From an uncultured Bacteroides sp. (lineage in GTDB: Bacteria > Bacteroidota > Bacteroidia > Bacteroidales > GCA-2748055), in NCBI GenBank assembly GCA_964467775.1, contig CAYXUD010000042.1:19172-83171 (forward strand): 64,000 bases of DNA. The letters run 5' to 3'. This document shows, piece after piece, positions 27,219 through 36,500 of the stretch. The position numbers and the translations under genes are program-made. Each line of letters begins with the position of its first letter. Position 1 is the stretch's first letter. The notes below the pieces were generated by a model that did not search any database, was not told the origin of the DNA, and worked only from the letters and a program-made list of their open reading frames with translations.

Positions 27219-28367
27219 ATGAGAAAAACGTTCATAACCGTCGCGATATCCCTGCTGATCTTCGCGGGACTTGACCTGGTGACCGGGCTTTTCCTGATCC
27301 CCGACAGCTTCAACTCCTTCCGGACCAGGCACTACTATTACCACCATGGAATGCTGCCCGGCCGGGAATCCATGGCCGCCTGGGGGGCCCTGATCTACCC
27401 CGTCTGCACCAATTCACTGGGGTTGATCGATTCAGCCGCATACAGGATCAGCAAGCAGACCGGCAGCCACCGGATCCTGATCCTGGGGGATTCCCATTCT
27501 GAAGGGGTCGGGGTCCCCTACCTCAGGACCTTTGCAGGAAGGCTGGCACGTAGCCTGAAGCCTTACGGAATGGAGGTGGTCAATGCCTCGGCAGTGAGCT
27601 ACAGCCAGAAGATCGAATACCTGAAGGCAAAATACCTGATCGAGACCGCTGGCCTGAAGGTGGATGAGATCATCGTACCGGTCGATATCTCTGATATCCA
27701 GAATGAGCTGGTCTATGAGAAGTACGAAGCCGGGGAGGAATCGCGGGTGACCGGCCTTTTTTACCGGCTGCGGAACAGCCTGAAGAGAAGCTCGGCCATC
27801 TACTACCTTGCAGATGCCATGCGTACCAGGAGACAGCAGGAGCGGTTCTTCAAAAGCATTGAATCATTTTACGAGGATGCCAGGGGTTCGGCCAACCGGA
27901 ACATGTGGGAGATCTATTCAGGCTTTTTCAGCCACTTCAGCGACGAGGTGCTCCTTTCGAACCCCCAGTTCCACGGCATGGGAAGCTGGATGGAGGATGA
28001 GGATTTCCGGGAACTGGCAATGAAGGGGATCGGGATGGGGCAATCGCATATGAAACTGCTGAAGCAGCTATGTGATGATCACGGGATCGGGCTTACCCTG
28101 TCGGTCCATCCCTGGCATTCCCAGATCAGGAAGGGAGAGGCCACCGATGAATATGTACAGATCTGGGAATCATTTGCACGGGCAAACGGAATAGACTTCC
28201 TCAATCTCTACCCCCTGTTCATCAACGGGGAAGACCCCGAAACCGTCATCAGGAAATATTATATCCACAACGATAACCACTGGAACGAGTTCGGCCATGA
28301 ACGGATGGCTGGATTCCTCAAAGCCTATCTCCTTGAAGGGCATTCATCACCGGAACCGGGACAGTAA
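27219..28367 (+). CDS. Membrane-anchored SGNH/GDSL-like hydrolase or acyltransferase (AlgX/AlgJ-like motifs)
   Basis: 382-aa ORF. N-terminal anchor: FITVAISLLIFAGLDLVTGLFLI. Block I: RILILGDSHSEGVG. C-terminal DxHW-type block: IHNDNHWNEFGH. Confidence 0.55.
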   Translation: MRKTFITVAISLLIFAGLDLVTGLFLIPDSFNSFRTRHYYYHHGMLPGRESMAAWGALIYPVCTNSLGLIDSAAYRISKQTGSHRILILGDSHSEGVGVPYLRTFAGRLARSLKPYGMEVVNASAVSYSQKIEYLKAKYLIETAGLKVDEIIVPVDISDIQNELVYEKYEAGEESRVTGLFYRLRNSLKRSSAIYYLADAMRTRRQQERFFKSIESFYEDARGSANRNMWEIYSGFFSHFSDEVLLSNPQFHGMGSWMEDEDFRELAMKGIGMGQSHMKLLKQLCDDHGIGLTLSVHPWHSQIRKGEATDEYVQIWESFARANGIDFLNLYPLFINGEDPETVIRKYYIHNDNHWNEFGHERMAGFLKAYLLEGHSSPEPGQ

Positions 28368-28372
28368 ATCAC

Positions 28373-28418
28373 GGGAACTGCGCAGGAATCCTGGGAACTG
28401 CGCAGGAATCCTGGGAAC
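28373..28418. repeat. 20-bp direct tandem repeat, about 2.3 copies (unit GGGAACTGCGCAGGAATCCT)
   Basis: Read directly: gggaactgcgcaggaatcct at 28373-28392, repeated exactly at 28393-28412, then gggaac at 28413-28418. It begins 6 nt after the stop of the SGNH-like gene. Confidence 0.9.
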
Positions 28419-28435
28419 CAGGGTATAAAAAGAAA

Positions 28436-28458
28436 CCGCCTCATCAATGATGAGGCGG
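28436..28458 (-). terminator. Intrinsic terminator for the minus-strand T9SS repeat-protein gene; the hairpin is shared with the convergent plus-strand cassette
   Basis: Perfect 11-nt inverted repeat ccgcctcatca / tgatgaggcgg. On the minus strand the hairpin is followed by TTTCTTTTTATA and lies 25 nt past the stop at 28484. On the plus strand no U-tract follows. Confidence 0.75.
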
Positions 28459-28483
28459 CTCCTTCAATGTAATCCAATCAGTT

Positions 28484-31090
28484 CTACTGTTTCACAAAAA
28501 CGCGGTTGGAAACAGCCTTTGATTTAAATTGTACGGAGATAATGTACAATCCGGACTCAAGCTTACCAATATTCACATCCTTAGTGAAAGCATTCACAGG
28601 AACATTCATTATCAATTGTCCTGTAATGCTCGAAATACTAACCGATCGAATCTCGGTGATACTTGAGACAGTGAACATGCTGGCAGCCGGGTTCGGATAG
28701 ATGCGCAGGTAGGAAGCTTCATCCAGATCAACTCCTGTCCAGGGTGAATAATCACCGTCATTGAAGACAACATCAACGACATTTTCTCCTTCGACAACAG
28801 TGTATACCCTGTTGGGTCCGCCACCCGGGAATTCGGAGATCGGATCCCACAGTCCATTTACCCTGAATTTAAACTGCAGCTCTGTTCCGACTTCCTGGTC
28901 GGCAAGCACATAGGTGTAAATGCCATCCGCATCGCCATCACTTGCATTCACGACAGGGTCTCCCCAGTTGTTGAATGAACCTGCAATGTCCACATTGTCG
29001 GCTGCGGGATCGAATATTTCAGCGTCAATCATACCAGTCATATCCACATTGAAGGTGACATCCTCAGGCGGTGTTACAGGCGTACCGGATATTGTGCCGT
29101 TCGCCTCAAGGGTCACATCACCCAGGTAGCTTGCGTTGTGCCAGCCTTCGTCGGCAAGCTGGTTCCATGCCAGCTTGGCATCAAGCTGCCCGTCGCCATC
29201 GTTGTCCCCGATCTTCGCATCCCAGCCAATGGTCATGCCTGATTGCAGGGTGACCCCGATATCGCTGAACGGAACGACCAGTTCCACCCGGTAGCTGGTT
29301 CCTGAATCGATCACCTCCACGAAATCAACACCCCATCTTAACGTATCCTGATTGATCGCCAGGCCAAGGCTGATATCGCCTTCCACACTCCAGATCTTCT
29401 CCAGCATGAACTGGACTGAATCCATGGGCTCGACAGCATCATCCAGCAATTCGCCATCCTGCTTGATGTCGGAAATGTCAAAATAGATGCTGTAGTGGTC
29501 ACGCTCCCATGAATTGTTCGATTCAGTATCCAGGGTGTCATCATTCACCTCCAGCAGCACATAGAAGTTATCCGCATCCCACAGGGCTCTGATTTGTCCG
29601 CTGAAGTCAGCTGGCCCGGAAACAAAATCTTCGAGCCAGAGGTTCTGCCTCTCAAGCTGCCATACATTTGCTTGCGCCCATGCACCATCTATCTCTCCAT
29701 CAATCTCAATCTCAACAGGGACAGGTGACATCGATCCCAGATCAAAGAAAACGGGATCCAGTTTCATGTTGCCCATATAGGCGGCATTGTGCCAGCTTTC
29801 ATCCGCATTCTGGTGCCATGACAGCTTGGCATCGAGCTGCCCGTCGCCATCATTGTCCCCGATCTTTGTATCATACCCGATCACCATACCATCGGTCAAC
29901 GTCACACCGATCCTGGAGAAGGGGACTGCCACCTCCAACATGTAACCTGTTCCCGAGTCAATGGTCTCCGCGAAATCAACACCCCACCTCAGGGTGTCCT
30001 GATTGATCGCCAGGCCAAGGCTGAGATCGCCTTCCACACTCCAGATCTTCTCGAGCATGAACTGGACCGAATCCATGGGCTCGGCGGCATCATCCAGCAA
30101 TTCCCCGTTCTGCTTGATGTTGGACATGTCAAAATAGACACTGTAGTGGTCACGCTCCCATGAATTGTTCGATTCAGTGTCAAGGGTATCATCCTTCACA
30201 TCCAGCAGCACATAGATGTTGTCATTGTCGTGCATCACCCTGTAGGAGCCGCTGAAATCGGCAGCACCATCCACAAACTCATCGAGCCAGAGGTTTTCAA
30301 CGGTAAGGTTGTAACTCTTCGCGCTGTACCAGGCAGGATCCCACACACCATCAATGACCGGCGGGACCTTGACCTTCGACAGGGAACCATCCGCTTCAAG
30401 CATCGCTGTTCCGATGTAGCTTGCATTGTGCCAGCCCTCGTCTGCGGTCTGGTACAACGCCCACTTGCCATCGAGCTGACCGTCGGCATCATTGTCCCCC
30501 ACCTTGGCGTCAAACCCGATCACCTGGTCAGCTGCCAGGGTGACACCGAATCTGGAGAAGGGAACCGCTACCTCCAGAACGTAACCTGTTCCTGAGTCAA
30601 TGGTCTCCACAAAATCAACACCCCATTTCAGCGTATCCTGATTGATCAACAGACCAAGCTGCAGATCCCCCTCAACGCTCCAGATCTTCTCCAGCATGAA
30701 CTGGACTGAATCCATCGGCTCGGCGGCATCATGCAGCAATGCCCCGTTCTGCTTGATGTTGGACATGTCGAAATAGATGCTGTAGTGGTCACGCTCCCAT
30801 GAATTGTTCGATTCAGTGTCAAGGGTGTCGTCCAAAACCTCCACCAGGCAGTAGATCGCATCTGCATCCCATATAGCTTTGATGGTTGCGCTGAAGTCAT
30901 CAGCACCAGTAATGAATCCGGCTACATGATTAAGGGGCCTTAAAAGGTCCCATGCCGGAACAGCAGCCCAGACAGCATCGCTTCCATCCCCGTCAATAAC
31001 CGGGGGGGTAGCAATCTGTCCGAATAAGACTGGACTGATTAAGCCTGTAAACAAGGCCGTCATCAAGAGTTTTCGTAGTTTTCTTTTCAT
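28484..31090 (-). CDS. Secreted non-catalytic glycan-binding-type protein: 3 tandem CBM9-like domains, a CBM20/48-like beta-sandwich and a T9SS type-A C-terminal sorting domain
   Basis: The track ORF starts at 31096 on TTG. ATG 31090 gives MKRKLRKLLMTALFTGLISPVLFGQ. There are three repeats, each with DDTLDTESNNSWERDHYS(I/V)YFD, EPMDSVQFMLEKIWSVEGD, IG(F/Y/W)D(A/T)K(V/I)GDND(A/G)DGQLD and W(H/N)NA(S/A)Y. Next comes VTFNVDMTG...IAGSFNNWGDP...LQFKFRVNGLW. The CTD is LRIYPNPAASMFTVSS...GLYIISVQFKSKAVSNRVFVKQ. Confidence 0.7.
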   Translation of the reverse strand: MKRKLRKLLMTALFTGLISPVLFGQIATPPVIDGDGSDAVWAAVPAWDLLRPLNHVAGFITGADDFSATIKAIWDADAIYCLVEVLDDTLDTESNNSWERDHYSIYFDMSNIKQNGALLHDAAEPMDSVQFMLEKIWSVEGDLQLGLLINQDTLKWGVDFVETIDSGTGYVLEVAVPFSRFGVTLAADQVIGFDAKVGDNDADGQLDGKWALYQTADEGWHNASYIGTAMLEADGSLSKVKVPPVIDGVWDPAWYSAKSYNLTVENLWLDEFVDGAADFSGSYRVMHDNDNIYVLLDVKDDTLDTESNNSWERDHYSVYFDMSNIKQNGELLDDAAEPMDSVQFMLEKIWSVEGDLSLGLAINQDTLRWGVDFAETIDSGTGYMLEVAVPFSRIGVTLTDGMVIGYDTKIGDNDGDGQLDAKLSWHQNADESWHNAAYMGNMKLDPVFFDLGSMSPVPVEIEIDGEIDGAWAQANVWQLERQNLWLEDFVSGPADFSGQIRALWDADNFYVLLEVNDDTLDTESNNSWERDHYSIYFDISDIKQDGELLDDAVEPMDSVQFMLEKIWSVEGDISLGLAINQDTLRWGVDFVEVIDSGTSYRVELVVPFSDIGVTLQSGMTIGWDAKIGDNDGDGQLDAKLAWNQLADEGWHNASYLGDVTLEANGTISGTPVTPPEDVTFNVDMTGMIDAEIFDPAADNVDIAGSFNNWGDPVVNASDGDADGIYTYVLADQEVGTELQFKFRVNGLWDPISEFPGGGPNRVYTVVEGENVVDVVFNDGDYSPWTGVDLDEASYLRIYPNPAASMFTVSSITEIRSVSISSITGQLIMNVPVNAFTKDVNIGKLESGLYIISVQFKSKAVSNRVFVKQ
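29078..31006 (-). repeat. Intragenic tandem triplication, units of about 639-651 bp (roughly 30368-31006, 29717-30367, 29078-29716)
   Basis: The conserved block DDTLDTES begins at codons 89, 302 and 519 of the track ORF. Off-frame track ORFs 29338-29544, 29989-30192 and 30646-30906 share long near-identical strings (LNRTIHGSVTTT...CPTSSR...SSSC.RRSG), which shows conservation at the DNA level. Confidence 0.85.
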
Positions 31091-31348
31091 ATGCAAAGGT
31101 TTATATGGTTTGTTAATACTGTGAATTACCTAAAATTTCACTGAAATATAGCAATTATTAACGAAATGTAAACATTTGTATAATTTTTTTTTACCCACAG
31201 GGCCGGGCCTTTCATGATCGGTCATACCCCGCCATCGCCGCGGACACCTGTATCTGAGGCATTTATTCATGGGTTTGACCGTCCTGACAGAAAAGGCTGT
31301 TTTGTTCAGAGTGGTGAACAACTTGACCCTGTTGAATCAGGAACCATT

Positions 31349-31378
31349 AAGAGGCTGCCCCTTCTGAGACAGCCTCTT
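31349..31378 (-). terminator. Hairpin downstream of the susC-susD-small-lipoprotein unit (possible terminator, no U-tract)
   Basis: aagaggctg (31349-31357) pairs perfectly with cagcctctt (31370-31378) around a 12-nt loop. It lies 31 nt past the stop at 31409. On the minus strand it is followed by AATGGTTCC, which is not U-rich. Confidence 0.35.
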
Positions 31379-31408
31379 CTTTCTCTAAGATGAAGTGATC
31401 CGGCCGGG

Positions 31409-31792
31409 TTACCTGGCAGCGACTATGGTAATGTTAACAGAGTCAATGTCCCGGCTCACGGTCTCGCTCCAGTTCCCGTAGCTGGTGGCCACAAGGGTGA
31501 AGGTATATTCACCTGCATTGTAATAGGTCAGCAGGAGGGAATCGGTCCCCAGCTCCAGCAGGGTCCCCTTACCGGTACCATAGCTATTTTCGGGTTTATC
31601 CCCTTTAAAATAGGTCAGGAACTCCCCGGTTGCCTCGGAGGTGTAAAAGGTGATACTCTTCCCTGCTGTCGCCGTATTGTTCTGCAGGTTCGTGGTAAAT
31701 GCCGCGGATGTGGGTCCGGGCTCTTCCTTGTTGCAGCTGCATGGACACAGGAGCAGAGCCACCGCTGCGAAGACGAATATGATCTGTTTCAT
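31409..31792 (-). CDS. Small PUL-associated lipoprotein with a single PKD/Ig-like beta-sandwich (SusE/F position)
   Basis: The track ORF starts at 31816. ATG 31792 gives MKQIIFVFAAVALLLCPCSCNKEE (lipobox). PKD-like pattern: ITFYTSEATGEFLTYFKGD...YNAGEYTFTLVATSYG. It lies immediately downstream of susD. Confidence 0.55.
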   Translation of the reverse strand: MKQIIFVFAAVALLLCPCSCNKEEPGPTSAAFTTNLQNNTATAGKSITFYTSEATGEFLTYFKGDKPENSYGTGKGTLLELGTDSLLLTYYNAGEYTFTLVATSYGNWSETVSRDIDSVNITIVAAR

Positions 31793-31809
31793 AATTTCCG
31801 GTTTTATGG

Positions 31810-33495
31810 TTACCATCCTGGATTTTGTTTCAATACCCCGTTGTTCACATCGATCTCACTGAGGGGAATGGGGTAATACTCATTCTTGCCCACCTGGAAT
31901 ATCCCCGGCCCCAGGATCTCGTCCCAGTTGATGCCCCAGGCCGGATCAAAGCTCCACCTGACCAGGTCGTTCCATCGGTGGGTTTCAAACGCCAGTTCAA
32001 TATCCCGCTCATGGATAATGGCTTCCCGTGTAAGGGCTGGCACGGGAGCCATGTCCACACGGGCCCTCACCTCGTTCAGGGCCGCCAGTCCCGTTCCGTT
32101 ATCCCCCAGCAGGAACATCACCTCTGCATACATCAGCAATACATCGGCATACCGGATCACCTTCCTGTTGGTCGGATCGTTGTTGGGCGAGGCCGTCCCG
32201 GGCACGTCATAGATCGGGAAATAGTACTTCTTCATTCCGAAGGAGACGCTGGGCTGGCCCGGGTGAGCAAGCCCCCTTGAGGCGGCGATACGCTTGGTAT
32301 GGATGAAAGAGTTGAATTTCTTGTAGTAGGCGTTGTCCGGGTCCACATGCATGGTGTCACCATCCAGGTAACAGGAGGCATAGGCCCTCGGGTCCCTGTC
32401 GAAACCCGGGGGTGTACCCACGGAGTCACACGCGTAGAACCAGTCGGGGTGGACTTCGTGGTTCTTGTAGCTGTTGCTGTGGGGGGAGAAGTACTGGGTG
32501 TTCAGGGAGCCGCTCCACTGCCACCCGGGCAGCCATCCGGGCTGCATCAGGTCATCAGAGTACTGGACCTCCCAGATCGATTCTATGTTGTTCTCCGCTC
32601 TATAGGTATTGTTCTCCGATGGCAGGTCCAGGTAGGCTGTATTGGAAAGCAGGGCCATCATGTAATCCTTCCTCGTCTTGGGTGCTTTCGGCAACACAAG
32701 GGCATACTCCCCGGAATTCATCACATCCAGGAACGCATCCCTGGCCGTGGCCAGGTCCTCCTGTGCCTCGGCACCGTTCTGGGTCCCGTTCCTTACATGG
32801 TAATGGTAGTACTTATAGAGCATGGCCTTCCCGAGCAAGGCGCTGGCCCCACCCGTGGTGACCCTTCCAAGGTCTGCATCCGAATATTCCGACTTCTTGG
32901 GAAGGTTCGGGATGGCAAATCCCAGGTCTGTCTCGATCTGGTCCCAGAACCGGATCGGGTCCCCGTTGCTGAAATTCTCGTTATAGTCCAGAGGGAAGGT
33001 TTCCGGAGTCTCATCATAATAGATGGGACTATGGTAGAAGGTCACCAGGTAGAAGTAGTAGATGGCACGAAGAGCCCTCACCTGGGCTTCATACATGTCC
33101 CTGGTTTTCTGTGTAAATCCTTCTACATCTTGCCTCTCATTCAGCTTCCTCAGGAACTGGCTGGTCCTGAAAATTCCAAAGTACATGGCCCGCCAGATCG
33201 AGGAGTTCTCACCGCTGCTGGAACTCATGGTCGCCAGGTTGTCCCTGTTGGTGGTTTCAAAGAGGGTCCTGTCTTCCCAGGTTCCGTTCTGCAGCTGGAA
33301 CTCTAATCCGAACATCCCCCTGTCGGCCAGCGGGCAGTAACAGGAGTTCATGGCCAGAAGGAAGTCATTCTGGGTCTGGTAGAAACTCCCGTCCGTCAGG
33401 TTGTTCTTGTTCTCTACCTCCAGAAACTCTTCAGTGCATCCTGTCATTATCACAAGTGTGATAAGGACCAGCGTATTTCTTATTATATTTCTCAT
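31810..33495 (-). CDS. susD: SusD/RagB-family outer-membrane glycan-binding lipoprotein
   Basis: 561-aa ORF. Lipobox: LVIMTGCTEEF. It lies directly downstream of susC. SusD-type blocks: ALRAIYYFYLVTFY, RYADVLLMYAEVMFLLGDNGTGLAALNEVRARV, NEYYPIPLSEI. Confidence 0.88.
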   Translation of the reverse strand: MRNIIRNTLVLITLVIMTGCTEEFLEVENKNNLTDGSFYQTQNDFLLAMNSCYCPLADRGMFGLEFQLQNGTWEDRTLFETTNRDNLATMSSSSGENSSIWRAMYFGIFRTSQFLRKLNERQDVEGFTQKTRDMYEAQVRALRAIYYFYLVTFYHSPIYYDETPETFPLDYNENFSNGDPIRFWDQIETDLGFAIPNLPKKSEYSDADLGRVTTGGASALLGKAMLYKYYHYHVRNGTQNGAEAQEDLATARDAFLDVMNSGEYALVLPKAPKTRKDYMMALLSNTAYLDLPSENNTYRAENNIESIWEVQYSDDLMQPGWLPGWQWSGSLNTQYFSPHSNSYKNHEVHPDWFYACDSVGTPPGFDRDPRAYASCYLDGDTMHVDPDNAYYKKFNSFIHTKRIAASRGLAHPGQPSVSFGMKKYYFPIYDVPGTASPNNDPTNRKVIRYADVLLMYAEVMFLLGDNGTGLAALNEVRARVDMAPVPALTREAIIHERDIELAFETHRWNDLVRWSFDPAWGINWDEILGPGIFQVGKNEYYPIPLSEIDVNNGVLKQNPGW

Positions 33496-33518
33496 GACGA
33501 TCTGTTTTTTCTATTCCA

Positions 33519-36500
33519 TTAGAATTCAATCTGCACCCCTGCCGTCAGGATCCTCGGCAGCGGATAGCTTCCGCCATCGGTTCCCACGCCCATGGGGGAA
33601 CCCGTGGTCGGGGATTCTGGATCGCGTCCCTTGTATTTGGTAATGGTCCAGAGATTGACCGCGCTTACATAGATCCTGGCCCTGGAGATCCCCACGCTAT
33701 GCGACACCTGTTTCGGAAGGGAATACCCGAGCTGAAGGTCCTTGAGCCTCAGGAACGAAGCATCTTCTATCCACCATGTGGAGATCCTGTCATTCCGGTT
33801 GCTGTTATTGATATCGGCCCTCACGAACTCCTCCGACGGCCGGTCCGGCTGGTAATAATTCTGGGAGTACTCCAGGGATTTGTTATGGTCCAGGTCCTGG
33901 CTCCAGAAACACTCGATACCCGCACGCTGGGAGTTGAATACATCCACATGCTTTGCCCCGTACCAGTACATGGAGAAATCGAAATTCTTATAATAGAGAT
34001 TGACGTTGAGTGAATAGATCATATCGGGTATGGGCTTGCCGATGATGGTCCTGTCATCATCATTGATCACCCCATCCAGGTTCAGGTCGGTGTATTTCAG
34101 GTCACCCGGGGATGGCACCCCTTCTGCCGGTATGGCATAGAGGTAGTTGCCCGTTTCAGGATCACCGTTATCCCAGTCCTCCGGGGTGATGATGCGTTCG
34201 GCAATCCAGCCCCGAAGGGATCCCACAGTATTCCCGATCCTGGCAATATTGTCCCCCGAGATATAGGTCTCCGGGATATCCACCACCTCATTCTTGATGG
34301 TGGTCAGCATACCGGTGACCTCATAGTTGAAATCACCCTCCATTTTGCGCACAGTGGCGTTGAACTCGAATCCCCTGTTCGTCAGATCACCCAGGTTCAC
34401 CGAGGGCTGCCCGACGATTCCGAATACCTGTGAGACTGAGCGGTTCACGATCAGGTTATCCGTATTCTTGATATAGTACTCCACGGTGGCTGACAGCCGG
34501 TTCCTGAAGAGGCTTGCATCAATCCCCACATTGGTCATGGCAGAGGATTCCCACCGGATCAGTTCATTGCCGAAACTGTAGAGCACGTTCAATGCAGGAG
34601 TGACTGATTGCGAAACCCCGAAAACGGGGGAGAATTCGTTAAATTTCCCGAGCAGCGCCTCATACCTGAAATTCCCGATATCCGAATTGCCGGTCATTCC
34701 GTAGCCAACCCGCAGTTTCAGCATCTCAATGGCATCCACATTGGGCAGCAGGTCCTCGTTCAGTTTCCAGGCCGCCGAGGCCGAGGGAAATGTCCCCCAG
34801 CGGTTGCCCGGTCCGAAACGTGAATTCCCGTCCCGCCTGACACTTGCTGTCAGCAGGTACTTACCGCTGTAGTCGTAGATAATCCTTCCCAGGTAGGAGA
34901 CCCACCTGACAGGTGTAATATACCCGGCGATTACCGGAGCATCGGTCGAATAGTGGAGCACATTGAGGTTTTCATATTCAAAGTTCTGGGCACGCACATT
35001 GGAGCTGTATCCATTGAAGGTACGCGAATGCTGCACACCGGTCAGGGTGACATGGTGGTTCCCGAAGCTCTTGTCAAAGGTGAGCTGGTTCTCGATGGAG
35101 AGGGTAAGGTTCTCTGAATAGTTCTCATCGAGGGTTGCCAGCTCCCTGTCCCTGACGCCCGACTCAAAGGCGGGATTCCAGTTGCGGGTGTGGTTAAAGG
35201 ATCCGATCGCCGACGGGGTAGTCTTGAAGGTCAGCCAATTGAATGGCTTGATTTCCAGATAGATATTACCTATGAAAGAGTTGTAATTGGTCTGGAGTTC
35301 GGAAAGGTCCAGGGCGACCCTGGGATTGGGCTTGTCATTTCCGCCTGTATTGAAATAGGAAACGGTGTCCCCGGCCGGGGTGATGTATTCAACCGCCTCC
35401 TGGGGCCCGTCATAGCCCCCCTTGTTGTTTTCGTTAAATACCTTCATCAGAGGGGAGGCGATCAGGGGTGACGACCATGCCCCTCCCTGCCAGATGCCTT
35501 CATCAAACCGGATATTGCGGGCGACGGCAAATGATTCACCCACCCTGATGTATTTCCCGATTCTGAAATCGGAATTTGCCCTGAAATTGTACCTGTTGGC
35601 CCCGGTGCTCCTGAGGATCCCCTCCTCGTCCAGCACGTTGGCCGAGATGGCATAGTTGCTGGACTCACCGCCTCCTGAAATATTCAGGAAATAGTTCTGT
35701 GTGTAAGCCCTCTGGATGATCTCGCTCTGCCAGTCGGTCCCCTCTTCCCAGCCTTCTCCGTAATAGAACTGCCGGAATTCATCGGTGTAGGGTTCCTGCC
35801 GTGCCACTCCGTTGTCATCGTAGATCTGATTATAAAAATCCACATACTGGTCCGCATTCATCAGTTCGAATTGCTCAGGCGGCAGGTTCAGGCTGCCGTA
35901 GGCTGAGAAAGTGACCCTGGGTTTCCCTTGCTTCCCTCTTTTGGTGGTCACAATGACCACGCCATTGGCACCGTCTGCTCCGTATATGGCCGATGCCGAA
36001 GCATCCTTGAGGACCTGGAAGGACTCAATATCGTTGGGATTAATATCGCCGATACCGCCACCCACCACGCCATCGATCACGTAGAGCGGATCGGGACTCT
36101 GGTTGATGGAGCCGATCCCCCGGATCCGGATGGTCGGGCCCGATCCCGGTTTTCCGCTCTGGGTCACCAGCACCCCGGCGGCCCGTCCCTGGATGGCGCT
36201 TGCAAGGTTTGAGGTGGGTGTCCTGGAGAGATCTTCAGCGGTGACCACCGCAACGGACCCGGTCAGGTCCTGCTTCTTGACCGTTCCGTACCCGATCACC
36301 ACCACTTCATCCAGCGCCTGGATATCCTCCCTGAGTTCCACATCGATCCGGGTGAGCCCGGCAACCGGGATCTCCTGGGCCAGGTACCCGATGTAGGAGA
36401 AGACAAGCACGGCATCCGGACCGGTGACACTGATGGTATAGTTGCCCACCTGGTCTGTGATCGTGCCGATGGTGGTTCCCTTCACCACCACATTGGCCCC

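Noticed and set aside
23945-28367. Carbamoyltransferase cassette as a horizontally acquired mobile island
   Set aside because: There is no integrase or transposase, no flanking direct repeats or tRNA, and the composition looks similar to its surroundings by eye. Opposite-strand orientation alone is not evidence of mobility.
31184-31192. T9 homopolymer in the AT-rich region upstream of the 3x CBM9-like T9SS gene, as a slipped-strand phase-variation switch
   Set aside because: It is a short tract within generally AT-rich promoter DNA, about 90 nt from the start codon. Its spacing relative to promoter elements cannot be defined, and there is no evidence of length variation.
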